NCBI GenBank assembly: GCA_045539375.1
Contig: JAZQFG010000050.1
Location: 68,589-132,588 of the forward strand
Origin: Acutalibacteraceae bacterium
GTDB lineage: Bacteria; Bacillota; Clostridia; Oscillospirales; Acutalibacteraceae
Reading direction: 5' to 3'
Length of the DNA: 64,000 bases
The notes below the pieces were generated by a model. It was given only the letters and a program-made list of their open reading frames with translations, was not told where the DNA came from and searched no databases. The translations under genes were made by a program, and so were the position numbers. Within the stretch, counting starts at the first letter, position 1. Each line of letters opens with the position of its first letter. Positions 1 through 9,374 of the stretch are shown here, piece by piece.

Positions 1-1098
1 ATCGTCCAGACCGGCTACCAGGCGGCCATAGGCGCCGCGGCGCACCGCCTCAGCGGCGGCGGGGTCCAGCCCCTCTTTTTGCAGGCGGAGGATCTCGTTG
101 CACACCAGCTCCTTCACACGGGCGGGGTCAGCGGATTCGCCACCCACCAGCCACACGCCGTAGCCGGGGCCACAGAAATACTCGGCCTCAAACTGGTCGT
201 TGATCAGCCCCTCCTCCATTAGACGGGTGTAGAGGGGAGAGGATTTGCCCATGATCAGCTCAATGAGCACGCGGGATGCGGCGATGGTCTCGGCGGTACG
301 CGGACCCACCGGCTCCTTGATGCCCATATAGAACAGAGGAGAAGCTACCGGCATCTTGTCCTCCACGTAGGTGTCCCGTACGTGGGCGGGTTCGTCGCAG
401 GTAAAGGTGACCGGCGGCAGATCGGCGGCGGGCTTCAGCAGACGGTCGGCCAGCTCCATCACCTCGTCGGGGGTGATGCGGCCCGCTACCACCAGCACCA
501 TGTTGTGCAGGTTGTAATACTGCTCATAGCAGCGATACAGCAATTCAGGGGTGATGTGGGAGATGGACTCCACCGTACCGGCGATGTCCACCCGCACAGG
601 ATGGTTGTGATACATACCCCGCAGCAGGTTAAACAGCACCCGCCGTCCGGGGTGATCCTCACCCATACGGATCTCCTGCCCGATGATACCCTGCTCCTTC
701 TGCACCGTTTCCTCGGTGAAATAGGGCTTTTGTACAAAGTCCAGCAGGATCTCCAGGCTGGGCAGGATGTTCTCGGTGGCGTGGAACAGATAGGCGGTGC
801 GGTCAAAGCTGGTATAGGCGTTGGCGTTAGCGCCGGTCTGGGCATAGCGGGTAAAGGCGTCCTCGCCGTTTTCACCCTCAAACAGCTTGTGCTCCAGATA
901 GTGGGCGATGCCCTCCGGCACCACCTCGTTACCGCCGTCGGCGGTGGTCAGGGTGTTGTTCACCGAGCCGTAGTGGGTGGCGAACAGGGCATACACAGAG
1001 GATGCCTCGGGCTGGGGCCACACCACGATGCGCAGACCGGTGGGGTGGACACAGGAATATAGGGTATCCCCCAGCAGGGGGTGCTTGATTGTGTTCAT
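1..1098 (-). CDS. M16 family zinc metallopeptidase (insulinase/YfmH-like), C-terminus cut by window edge
   Basis: Absent from the ORF track because it is open at the window edge. My minus-strand translation from the ATG (complement of 1096-1098) reads MNTIKHPLLGDTLYSCVHPTGLRIVVW...EGIAHYLEHKLFEG, which contains the HxxEH inverted-zincin motif. There is an ATGA overlap with the upstream partner gene. Confidence 0.8.
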   Translation of the reverse strand, partial: MNTIKHPLLGDTLYSCVHPTGLRIVVWPQPEASSVYALFATHYGSVNNTLTTADGGNEVVPEGIAHYLEHKLFEGENGEDAFTRYAQTGANANAYTSFDRTAYLFHATENILPSLEILLDFVQKPYFTEETVQKEQGIIGQEIRMGEDHPGRRVLFNLLRGMYHNHPVRVDIAGTVESISHITPELLYRCYEQYYNLHNMVLVVAGRITPDEVMELADRLLKPAADLPPVTFTCDEPAHVRDTYVEDKMPVASPLFYMGIKEPVGPRTAETIAASRVLIELIMGKSSPLYTRLMEEGLINDQFEAEYFCGPGYGVWLVGGESADPARVKELVCNEILRLQKEGLDPAAAEAVRRGAYGRLVAGLDD

Positions 1099-2375
1099 CA
1101 TTCTTCTACCTCCTCGTTGGGCGCCAGCAGATAGGTGGAATCGAAGTGGGTCAGACGGGCGGCGCGGCACACGTCCTCGCGGGTGACCGCCAGCACACGG
1201 CTGCGCTTTTCGTCGGGGGTGGCATAGATGTCGTACAGGGTCTGCCCGATATAGAAGCCCTCCAGCGCATCGGGGTTATCGCAGGCAGAGGTGTGGCGCT
1301 GGATCAGGCTGCGGCGGGCAGACTCCAGTTCCTCATCGGTGAACTCGCCCTGACGGATAGCCTCCAGCTGCTTGAGGATCTCCTCCTTGGTGCGCAGGGC
1401 GTTTTCCAACTGCACACCGCTGTCCACCAGAATCACGCCCTGATGGCGGTCATAGCTGGCGGCGCAGTAATAGCACAGGCTCTGCTTTTCACGGACGTTG
1501 GTGAACAGCAGAGAGGTGGGGCATCCACCCAGCAGGGTGCACATCAGCTGGGCGGCATCCACCGAGCCGTCCGGCTCGGATGCGGCGATGCGGAAGCCCA
1601 GCACCAGCTTGGCCTGCTTAAGGGCCATATACTCGGTCTTTTCCGACTCTTTCATGGTAAAGGTGGTATCCACGTGTAGGGTGGCGGGGCGGCGATAGGG
1701 CAGGGTGGCAAACCGTGTCTGCAGGGCATTGGTGAGAGCGGCGGTATCGCCGTTGCTCTGGTACAGCCAGTGGATGTTGGCCTCGGCCAACAGCCGCTCG
1801 CGGGCGGCGGCAGCGGATATGGGGGTCAGGGCAGACACGGTCTGCTCCGAGCCGTTGGGATTCAGGCTGAAGGGGTGGTCGGGGCACAGCACCTCCTCGC
1901 ACCGCTGGCGGGCGTACATCCGCTTGTCGTTCATCTCGCCCTGCAGCCGCTCCAGCAGGCACCGCTGCTCTTGGGCAAAGGCATCCTCCGTAAAGGCACC
2001 GTCCTCCAACACGGGGCAGAACAGCATATCCAGCAGTAGCTGGGTGCAGTCGGCGGTCAGGTCACTGCCGTCCAGCGTATAGCGGCGGTTGAGGTAGCTC
2101 ACCGAGAAGGTCAGCACCTGCCATCCGCCCAGACGGAACACCTGCCCCTGCACGGTGGCACCGTACAGTTCATCCAGCCGGCGGCTGAAGGCGGCCACGG
2201 TAGGATAGGCGGCACAGCTGCGGGTCAGCAGACCCGGCAGGATGGCGTAGCCGGCGGCGGTCTCCGCGGTCAGCGGCACCGCAAACACACCGGTCAGACG
2301 ATCGGTGCGGAAGGTCTGCTCCGATAGGTGGAGCAGGGTCATATCGTTGGCTAATTTCTGTGGAATCGGTCGCAT
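1098..2375 (-). CDS. M16 family peptidase partner subunit (YfmF-like, no HxxEH motif)
   Basis: 425-aa ORF with M16-like length and layout but no HxxEH at the expected N-terminal position. AAGGAGAA RBS upstream. Stop overlaps the start of the downstream M16 gene. Confidence 0.7.
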   Translation of the reverse strand: MRPIPQKLANDMTLLHLSEQTFRTDRLTGVFAVPLTAETAAGYAILPGLLTRSCAAYPTVAAFSRRLDELYGATVQGQVFRLGGWQVLTFSVSYLNRRYTLDGSDLTADCTQLLLDMLFCPVLEDGAFTEDAFAQEQRCLLERLQGEMNDKRMYARQRCEEVLCPDHPFSLNPNGSEQTVSALTPISAAAARERLLAEANIHWLYQSNGDTAALTNALQTRFATLPYRRPATLHVDTTFTMKESEKTEYMALKQAKLVLGFRIAASEPDGSVDAAQLMCTLLGGCPTSLLFTNVREKQSLCYYCAASYDRHQGVILVDSGVQLENALRTKEEILKQLEAIRQGEFTDEELESARRSLIQRHTSACDNPDALEGFYIGQTLYDIYATPDEKRSRVLAVTREDVCRAARLTHFDSTYLLAPNEEVEE

Positions 2376-2440
2376 ACTATGTTCTCCTTATCGTGTGTAA
2401 GATGTAGGGATAGTGTATCCGTTCATAGTGGGTTTATGAA

Positions 2441-3151
2441 TCACAGGGATGCCAGCAGGGCGGCGGTGATATCCCCCGCCAGTTGTCCGGCATACCGTTC
2501 CAATTCGTCAAAGGATACCGAGGCGTCGTGCTCCGCCAGATCGGATATGGTGCGCAGGATGACAAAGGGGATGCCGTTGGCGGCGGCGGTCTGGGCGATG
2601 GCGGCGCCCTCCATTTCTGCGGCGGCGGCGCCGAAATCATCCCGCAGAGCGGCCTTCAGCACACTGTCATCCACAAACACGTCGCCGGAGGCGATGGTGC
2701 CGGTGATGGCCTTGCTGCCGGCGGGCAGCTCCGCCGCGGCGGCGGCCAGTGCTTTCTCAACCAGGGTGAGGTCGGCGGCAAACAGCGTGGGTGTTTGGTC
2801 GTCCTCGCCGTACAGAAAGCCGCGGACGTGGCCAAAGGCGGTCAGGTCAAAATCATGCTGCAGGGCAGCGGTGCCCACCACCAGATCCTTGACCGCCAGA
2901 CGGGGGTCCAATCCGCCGGCCATACCGGTGTTCAGCAGGGCACAGACCTGAAAACGGTCGATGAGCATCTGGGCGGTGATGGCGGCGGCCACCTTGCCGA
3001 TGCCGCTCTGCACTACCACGGCGTCCTTGCCCGCCAGCTGTCCGGTGACAAAGCGGCGCCCCGCATACGTCACGGTGGCGGTGTTTTCCATCCGTGTGAT
3101 GAGATTGTTGACTTCCGAGTCCATTGCGCCGATGATTCCGATAGGCTGCAC
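2441..3151 (-). CDS. mtnN: 5'-methylthioadenosine/S-adenosylhomocysteine nucleosidase
   Basis: 236 aa. MQPIGIIGAMDSEV N-terminus and the EMEGAAIAQ motif are typical of Pfs/MtnN. GTG start with an AAAGGAG RBS. Confidence 0.9.
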   Translation of the reverse strand: MQPIGIIGAMDSEVNNLITRMENTATVTYAGRRFVTGQLAGKDAVVVQSGIGKVAAAITAQMLIDRFQVCALLNTGMAGGLDPRLAVKDLVVGTAALQHDFDLTAFGHVRGFLYGEDDQTPTLFAADLTLVEKALAAAAAELPAGSKAITGTIASGDVFVDDSVLKAALRDDFGAAAAEMEGAAIAQTAAANGIPFVILRTISDLAEHDASVSFDELERYAGQLAGDITAALLASL

Positions 3152-3346
3152 AGACCGTCACTCCTTTGCCATAAACTACCTTTCATTCTACCATAAAATG
3201 CAGGTAGTTGCAATCTTTATTTTATCCATATATTGTTTACAAACAAATTCACAGAAAACTCTTTTCTTTTGCCACCGCGTGTGGTATAGTGTATTGTGAC
3301 ATAACTTGGACAATGATTCCGACCAAAACCGTGAGGAGGGACCGTC

Positions 3347-4339
3347 ATGGCCCGTCAGGCGAATCAAAAACTGAAGCTTTTGTACCTGCTGGAGATCCTG
3401 CGGCGGGAAACGGATGAGGAGCACCCTCTGACCCTACGGCAGATTCAGGATCTGCTGGAGCAAAAGGGTGTATCCGCCGAACGCAAGAGCCTGTACGACG
3501 ACATCGAGCAGCTTCGCCTGCTGGGGGAGGACGTGATATCGGTGCGGGATACCACCGTGCGGTACTATATCGGCGACCGCACGCTGGATATGGCACAGTT
3601 GCGCCTGCTGGTGGATGCGGTCCAGTCCTCTAAGTTCATCACCCGTAAGAAGAGCGAGGAGCTTATCCGCCGTCTGGAAAGCCTGACCAGCCGCCATCTG
3701 GCGGGTCAGCTGCAGCGGCAGGTGCTGGTCTCCGGCCGTATCAAAAATATGAACGAGAGTATCTACTACAACGTGGATAGTCTGCACAATGCCATGGCCG
3801 CCAATCGGCAGGTATCCTTTCAGTATTTTGATTGGGGTGTGGATAAGCAGCAACACCTGCGCCACGGCGGCGCCCAATACACCCTCAGCCCCTGGGCATT
3901 GACCTGGGATAACGAAAACTACTATCTCATTGCCTACGACAGCGTGCGGGGCACCATCCGCCATTACCGCGTGGATCGGATGCTGCGCATTCGCCAGACC
4001 GACGCCCCCCGCGAGGGCGAGGCGGTGTTCCGCGGTCTGGATATGGCGGTGTACAACCGCAAGGCCTTTGGTATGTTCGGCGGACAGGAGCAGCCGGTCA
4101 CCCTGCAGTGTGTCAACTGGATGGCGGGCGTGATTCTGGATCAGTTCGGGCAGGACACCCCTTTGGTCCCTGCGGATGAGGACACCTTCACCGCCCGTGT
4201 GCCGGTGGTGGTCAGCCCGCCCTTTTTCGCGTGGCTGTCCGGCTTTGGTGCGGATATCCGCTTGATTAAGCCCCAAAGCGTGGCCGAGGAATACACCCGT
4301 TACCTCCACGGCATTTTAGCGGGGTACGGCGATGATTAA
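3347..4339 (+). CDS. WYL-domain transcriptional regulator (N-terminal wHTH, central WYL, C-terminal WCX-like)
   Basis: 330 aa. N-terminus KLKLLYLLEILRRETDEEHPLTLRQIQDLL is wHTH-like. The central block FQYFDWG...YTLSPWALTWDNENYYLIAYD...IRHYRVDRM is the WYL signature. Confidence 0.8.
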   Translation: MARQANQKLKLLYLLEILRRETDEEHPLTLRQIQDLLEQKGVSAERKSLYDDIEQLRLLGEDVISVRDTTVRYYIGDRTLDMAQLRLLVDAVQSSKFITRKKSEELIRRLESLTSRHLAGQLQRQVLVSGRIKNMNESIYYNVDSLHNAMAANRQVSFQYFDWGVDKQQHLRHGGAQYTLSPWALTWDNENYYLIAYDSVRGTIRHYRVDRMLRIRQTDAPREGEAVFRGLDMAVYNRKAFGMFGGQEQPVTLQCVNWMAGVILDQFGQDTPLVPADEDTFTARVPVVVSPPFFAWLSGFGADIRLIKPQSVAEEYTRYLHGILAGYGDD

Positions 4340-4859
4340 GTACATACTGATCCGTTCGACCCGCCGCACCTTGGGGCTGGAGATCACCCGTGATCTGGAG
4401 ATTCTTGTACGGGCACCCCTGCGGTGCTCCCAGCGGGAGATTGACCGCTTTGTGGAACAGCATCGGGATTGGATCGTCAAAAAGCTGGCGGTGCAGCAGC
4501 ACCGCCGTGAGGCGCAAAAGGCGTATGAGGTCACTCCGGAGCAGGAGCAGGCCCTGCGTCGCCAGGCAGCAGAGGTGATCCCCAAACGGGTGGCGTATTA
4601 TGCCCCGCTGATGGGGGTGACCCCCACCGGTGTCAAGATCACCTCCGCCCGCACCCGCTTCGGCAGCTGCAACGGAAAAAACAGCTTGTGCTTTTCTTGG
4701 CGGCTGATGCAGTATCCCCCGGAGGCGGTGGATTACGTGGTGGTGCACGAGCTGGCGCATATCCGCCACCATGATCACAGCCGTGCGTTTTGGTCTTTTG
4801 TAGAGTCGGTGATGCCGGATTATCGGCATCGTCAATCTCTTCTCGTGCGGGAGGAATGA
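4332..4859 (+). CDS. DUF45/YgjP-like (SprT/M48-like) HExxH metallohydrolase
   Basis: 175 aa. The RFGSCNGKNSLCFSWRLM...VDYVVVHELAHIRHHDHSRAFW pattern is typical of the YgjP family. The ATG overlaps the WYL gene stop by 8 nt. Confidence 0.8.
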   Translation: MIKYILIRSTRRTLGLEITRDLEILVRAPLRCSQREIDRFVEQHRDWIVKKLAVQQHRREAQKAYEVTPEQEQALRRQAAEVIPKRVAYYAPLMGVTPTGVKITSARTRFGSCNGKNSLCFSWRLMQYPPEAVDYVVVHELAHIRHHDHSRAFWSFVESVMPDYRHRQSLLVREE

Positions 4860-4892
4860 TCCCGTTCCATTCGATGCAAAGGAGGATTCCCC

Positions 4893-6218
4893 ATGAAACA
4901 GAACAAGCGTATCATCGCCCTGTTGGCGGCGGTACTGGTGCTGTGCACCGGATGCAGTATGGATGTGGAATCCTTTCTGCAGCCGCCCCGTGTGGGCGGC
5001 CAGCAGCAGGCGGGGCAGGCGGCGCTGGAGACCTATCTGCGGGATAGCGGCGGCTCCGGTGTGCGCTATACTTTGGAGTACCCCGTGGAGGGGGAATATA
5101 CCGCCGCCTTTTTGCTGTGTGATGAGCAGGGTTTTCCCGTAGAGGATACCGCCACCGCCCAATCGGCGCTGGCCTTTTATTCCCTGTCCACCGCCCCCGA
5201 CGTAACCCGTATGAACCGCCTGCAGCGCAGCGGCGGGGAATGGGTATCGGTGGCGGATACGGTGGGCGAGGGTCCCGCCATCCGTCAGGTGAGCTTTGGC
5301 GATCTGGACGGAGATGGTACTGCCGAGATCGTGACCGGCTGGTCCACCTATACCGCCGGCTCCAACCGCTTGGCGGTGTACGGCACTGCTGAGGGACTGA
5401 CCCTGATCGACGGCACCAAGCAATATACCTCCCTTTTTGTGGGGGATCTCACCGCCGCGGGCTATGACAGCCTATTACTGCTCACCGTAGGCAGCGGTGA
5501 ACGGGTCACCGCCACCCTGGAGACCTTAGGGGATGATGCCCTGCGCACCGTGGATACGGCACGGCTGGACGGTGCGATCCGCCAGTTTGGCACGATGACC
5601 CTGTGCCGTCTGTCTGCGGATGTGCACGGCCTGTTTGTGGACGCCTTCAAGACCGAGGGGGTCACCATCACCGAGCTGATTTATTATGATGATACGGGGC
5701 TGCAGACCCCGTTCTATGATCCGGCCACCAATACCACCGCCGCCACCGCCCGTGTGGGGCGCACCGCCGCCCGGGATATGGATGGGGATGCGCTGGTGGA
5801 GATCCCCCGGCATACGGTGCTGGCGGGGCATACCGCCGCCGACGTGGGCGGCACTGTGACGCTGTGGCGGGGCTGGGATTATTCCACCCGTACGTGGCTG
5901 GATTATGCCTATACGTTACTGAACGAGGCGGACGGATATATGGTGGTGCTGGGGGATGGCCTCCACACCCATTTGGATACCGCCTATGATACCGCCACAC
6001 GCACCCTGACCCTGACCGATACCGTCACGGCTGCCCCGTTTCTGTGGCTGACGGTGGGGGCACAGGCACCGGATTCCCCTGCCGAGGGGCTGGAGCTGTT
6101 GCGGCTGTTTGACACCCGCCAGGGGCAGTGGGGCTATTATGCGTGGTATGATCCCACCGTGATGACGGCGGAGAAGGTGCGGTATACCGTGACCCGCCTG
6201 ACTGGGGAAGGAGGTTGA
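4893..6218 (+). CDS. Lipoprotein of unknown function with FG-GAP/VCBS-like DxDGDG motifs
   Basis: Signal peptide plus lipobox (LVLCTG-C). Contains FGDLDGDGTAEIVTGW and ARDMDGDALVEI motifs. The stop overlaps the start region of the downstream response regulator. Confidence 0.7.
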   Translation: MKQNKRIIALLAAVLVLCTGCSMDVESFLQPPRVGGQQQAGQAALETYLRDSGGSGVRYTLEYPVEGEYTAAFLLCDEQGFPVEDTATAQSALAFYSLSTAPDVTRMNRLQRSGGEWVSVADTVGEGPAIRQVSFGDLDGDGTAEIVTGWSTYTAGSNRLAVYGTAEGLTLIDGTKQYTSLFVGDLTAAGYDSLLLLTVGSGERVTATLETLGDDALRTVDTARLDGAIRQFGTMTLCRLSADVHGLFVDAFKTEGVTITELIYYDDTGLQTPFYDPATNTTAATARVGRTAARDMDGDALVEIPRHTVLAGHTAADVGGTVTLWRGWDYSTRTWLDYAYTLLNEADGYMVVLGDGLHTHLDTAYDTATRTLTLTDTVTAAPFLWLTVGAQAPDSPAEGLELLRLFDTRQGQWGYYAWYDPTVMTAEKVRYTVTRLTGEGG

Positions 6219-6223
6219 CCGCT

Positions 6224-6913
6224 GTGAAGAAGATATTGGTATGTGAAGACGAAGAGTCCATCCGCTCCTTTGTGGTAGTCAATCTGCGCCGCGCCGGCTA
6301 CACCGTCACCGAGGCGGGCTCCGGCGAGGAGGCGCTGGCCTGCTACGAGGCGGATCCCTCCATCTCCATCGCCCTGCTGGATGCGATGCTGCCCGGTATC
6401 GACGGCTTTGAGACCTGTCGCCGTCTGCGGCAGCACAGTTGCACCATGGGCATCCTGATGCTCACCGCCCTGAGCGGCGAGGCGGATAAGGTGGGCGGCC
6501 TGCAGGCGGGAGCGGACGATTACGTAACCAAGCCCTTCGGCACCGCCGAGCTGGTGGCCCGTGTGGATGCACTGTATCGCCGTGTCAACACCCAGACCGC
6601 CGTGGCCGACGACGGCACCCTGCGCTGTGGTGATTTTACGCTGGATATGCGGGCGGATCGCTTGCTGTGTCGGGGCGCGTGGGTGGAGCTGACCCAGATC
6701 GAGTGTCAGATCCTCACCTGCTTTATGCGTAATCCCGGCAGCTTGATTACCCGTGCCGCTCTGCTGGAGGCTGTGTGGCACAATGAAGAATACGTGGACG
6801 ATAAGATTGTGGATGTGAACATCCGCCGTCTGCGGATGAAGGTGGAGATCGATCCCTCGGTCCCCCGCCATCTGCAGACCGTATGGGGGCGTGGTTATCA
6901 ATGGAACGTGTAA
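6224..6913 (+). CDS. OmpR-family response regulator
   Basis: KKILVCEDEESIR receiver N-terminus and a winged-helix C-terminus (VWGRGYQW). GTG at 6224 lies 9 nt after the GGAAGGAGG RBS. The track start at 6215 is a TTG abutting the RBS. Confidence 0.9.
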   Translation: MKKILVCEDEESIRSFVVVNLRRAGYTVTEAGSGEEALACYEADPSISIALLDAMLPGIDGFETCRRLRQHSCTMGILMLTALSGEADKVGGLQAGADDYVTKPFGTAELVARVDALYRRVNTQTAVADDGTLRCGDFTLDMRADRLLCRGAWVELTQIECQILTCFMRNPGSLITRAALLEAVWHNEEYVDDKIVDVNIRRLRMKVEIDPSVPRHLQTVWGRGYQWNV

Positions 6914-8364
6914 AGGACGGGCGGCTCCGTCGGCTGTTCCGACGGTTAGCCCCCCAAAACGGATTGACCCGCCGCTGGTTGCGGCATGCCTTTTTCCTCA
7001 TCGTGGCCTTTTTGCTGGCATTGCAGCTGTTGTTTACGGTGATGATGGCTTTCTACTACTATCAGAGTGCCGAGAATGCGCTGGAGAGCCGTGCCCGTCT
7101 GCACCAGCGCACCATGGAGGCGCAGTTCGGCGCCGATACGCTGCTGGGCGAAGAGGTCAGCCGCGAGATCATCGCCGCCTTTAACGAGAAAGATAAGATG
7201 GAGCTGCAGGTGCTGAACAGCACCGGCAAGGTGCTGTTGTCCTCCAGCGGCTTTGTGCCGTCGGTGGATCAGACCCCGGACTTTCGCCGTGCGATGGCAT
7301 CGGCGGAGGGGCAGGGCGTCTGGCGTGGGCGCTCCGACAGCCGTGAGCGGGTGATGGCGCTGACCATTCTCGCCCGTGGCAGCGACGGGGCGGTGGCCGG
7401 CGGCCTGCGGTACGTCATTTCCCTAACGGCGGTAGATCGGCAGATCGTGTTTTTATCCCTGACACTGCTGGGCTTTATGCTGTTGATTGTTTTCTTCGTA
7501 TCCCTCTCCGGCTGGTATTTCATCAATTCCATCGTCACGCCGGTGGCGGCGATCAATACTACCGCCCGCCGCATTGCCATGGGGGAATACGATGCCCGTC
7601 TGGAAAAGCGGTACGACGACGAGATCGGTGAACTGTGCGATACCATCAACTTTATGGCGGGGGAGATCGCCGCAGCCGAGCGGATGAAGAATGAGTTTAT
7701 CTCCTCGGTATCCCACGAGCTGCGCACCCCCCTCACCGCCATTAAGGGCTGGACCGAAACCCTGCAGAATGAGAGCGAGGATCGGGAGCTGGCGGCGCAG
7801 GGTCTGGCGGTGATCGGCAAAGAGGCGCGCCGTCTGACCGGCATTGTGGAAGAACTGCTGGACTTCTCTCGGATGGAAAGCGGCCACATCGCCCTGCGGC
7901 AGGAGCGGGTGGATCTGCAGGCCGAGCTGGAAGAGGCGGTATTCCTGCTGCGGGATAAGGCACGCCGCAGCGGTGTCGCCTTGGAATACGTGCGGCGGCA
8001 GGAGCTGCCGCCCACGCGGGGGGATAGCGCCCGCATCAAGCAGGTGTTTGTCAACCTGTTGGACAATGCCGTTAAGTATTCCCGCTCCGGCGATCGGGTG
8101 CGGATCGAGGCGGCGACGGTGTCCGACGGTGTGCAGGTGGTCATCAGCGATACCGGTGTGGGCATCCCGCCGGAGAAATTGCCGCTGATCACCCGAAAGT
8201 TTTATCAAGCGGAGCCCAATGGCGCCGGCGCCGGCATTGGTCTGGCGGTGGCGGAGGAAATTCTGCAGCTACACGGCGGCAGTATGGAGATTGACAGTGA
8301 ACCGGAGGTCGGCACCACCGTAACGGTGTGGCTGCCTGCGGAAGGAAAGGAACGTACGATATGA
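6901..8364 (+). CDS. Sensor histidine kinase (2 TM, HAMP, HisKA, HATPase_c)
   Basis: H-box SHELRTPLTAIKGW, N-box LLDNAVKYS, G-boxes DTGVGI and GAGIGLAV. The start is ambiguous between 6883 and 6901. Confidence 0.85.
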   Translation: MERVKDGRLRRLFRRLAPQNGLTRRWLRHAFFLIVAFLLALQLLFTVMMAFYYYQSAENALESRARLHQRTMEAQFGADTLLGEEVSREIIAAFNEKDKMELQVLNSTGKVLLSSSGFVPSVDQTPDFRRAMASAEGQGVWRGRSDSRERVMALTILARGSDGAVAGGLRYVISLTAVDRQIVFLSLTLLGFMLLIVFFVSLSGWYFINSIVTPVAAINTTARRIAMGEYDARLEKRYDDEIGELCDTINFMAGEIAAAERMKNEFISSVSHELRTPLTAIKGWTETLQNESEDRELAAQGLAVIGKEARRLTGIVEELLDFSRMESGHIALRQERVDLQAELEEAVFLLRDKARRSGVALEYVRRQELPPTRGDSARIKQVFVNLLDNAVKYSRSGDRVRIEAATVSDGVQVVISDTGVGIPPEKLPLITRKFYQAEPNGAGAGIGLAVAEEILQLHGGSMEIDSEPEVGTTVTVWLPAEGKERTI

Positions 8365-9374
8365 GCAAGCAAGACAGTGTATTGAAAAAGACCTCCATCG
8401 GCGGACAGGCGCTGATCGAGGGCGTGATGATGCGTGGTCCCGAGCGTACTGCCATGGCGGTGCGCCACACCTCCGGCGAGATTCGGATGGAGGAGTGGGA
8501 GAACCCCGCCCCCAAGTTTGGCGTTATCGCCAAATTGCCCTTGATCCGTGGCGTGTTTGGTATGATCGACTCTCTGCGCTATGGCTATAAGTGCCTGATG
8601 CGCTCCGCCGAATTGTGCGGTCTGGAGGAGGAGCTGGAGGAGGCGCTGGACGAGGAACAGCCCAAGTCCGACGCCTCTGCTGAGGATTCTGTCGAGACTC
8701 CCGCCGCCCCCGAAAAGGCGAAGGAGAATAAGGAAAAGGCCGGTATGCTGATGAATGTGGTAATGATCATCGGCACCGTGCTGGGCGTGGCGCTGTCGCT
8801 GGTGCTGTTTATGTGGCTACCCATCCAGCTGTTTAACTGGCTGACCCTGGCCTTCCCTCAGTTGGATCAGCAGTCCTTCCGCGGCATCTTTGAGGGTGTG
8901 GTGCGGATTCTGATCTTCCTGTGCTACATTCTGGCGGTGTCCCGTATGAAGGATATCCGCCGCACCTTCCAGTATCACGGTGCGGAGCATAAGTCCATTT
9001 TCTGCTATGAAAAGGGTCTGCCCCTGACGGTGGAGAACGTGCGGATGCAGAAGCGCTTCCACCCCCGTTGCGGCACCTCCTTTTTGGTACTGATGCTGGT
9101 GGTGGGCATCCTGATCTCTATGCTGATTCCCATCCATCATGCAGTGTGGCGCACGGTGATCAAGCTGCTGCTGCTCCCCGTGACGGTGGGCATCGGCTAT
9201 GAGCTGATTAAGCTGGCGGGTCGCCACGATAACTGGTTTACCCGCCTGATCTCCGCCCCCGGTCTGTGGATGCAGCGCATCACCACCGTGGAGCCGGATG
9301 ACGAGATGATCGAGTGCGCCATTCGGGCACTGGAGGCGGTGATCCCCGAGGATCCGGAGGCGGACAAGTGGTAA
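8361..9374 (+). CDS. DUF1385 (YqhQ-like) membrane protein
   Basis: MSKQDSVLKKTSIGGQALIEGVMMRG N-terminus and the YHGAEHK motif. ATGA overlap with the kinase stop. It sits directly upstream of prmC, as in many Firmicutes. Confidence 0.8.
   Translation: MSKQDSVLKKTSIGGQALIEGVMMRGPERTAMAVRHTSGEIRMEEWENPAPKFGVIAKLPLIRGVFGMIDSLRYGYKCLMRSAELCGLEEELEEALDEEQPKSDASAEDSVETPAAPEKAKENKEKAGMLMNVVMIIGTVLGVALSLVLFMWLPIQLFNWLTLAFPQLDQQSFRGIFEGVVRILIFLCYILAVSRMKDIRRTFQYHGAEHKSIFCYEKGLPLTVENVRMQKRFHPRCGTSFLVLMLVVGILISMLIPIHHAVWRTVIKLLLLPVTVGIGYELIKLAGRHDNWFTRLISAPGLWMQRITTVEPDDEMIECAIRALEAVIPEDPEADKW

Noticed and set aside
3237-3253. Second LexA box upstream of the WYL regulator, because it shares TTACAAACAAAT with the recA operator
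   Set aside because: Only the right half matches. The left half reads TGTGA instead of CGAAC, so the GAAC-N4-GTTC dyad is not present. It is kept only as a note inside the WYL finding.
4266-5423. 385-aa minus-strand ORF
   Set aside because: Antisense to the DUF45 gene and the lipoprotein gene, both of which have clear motifs.
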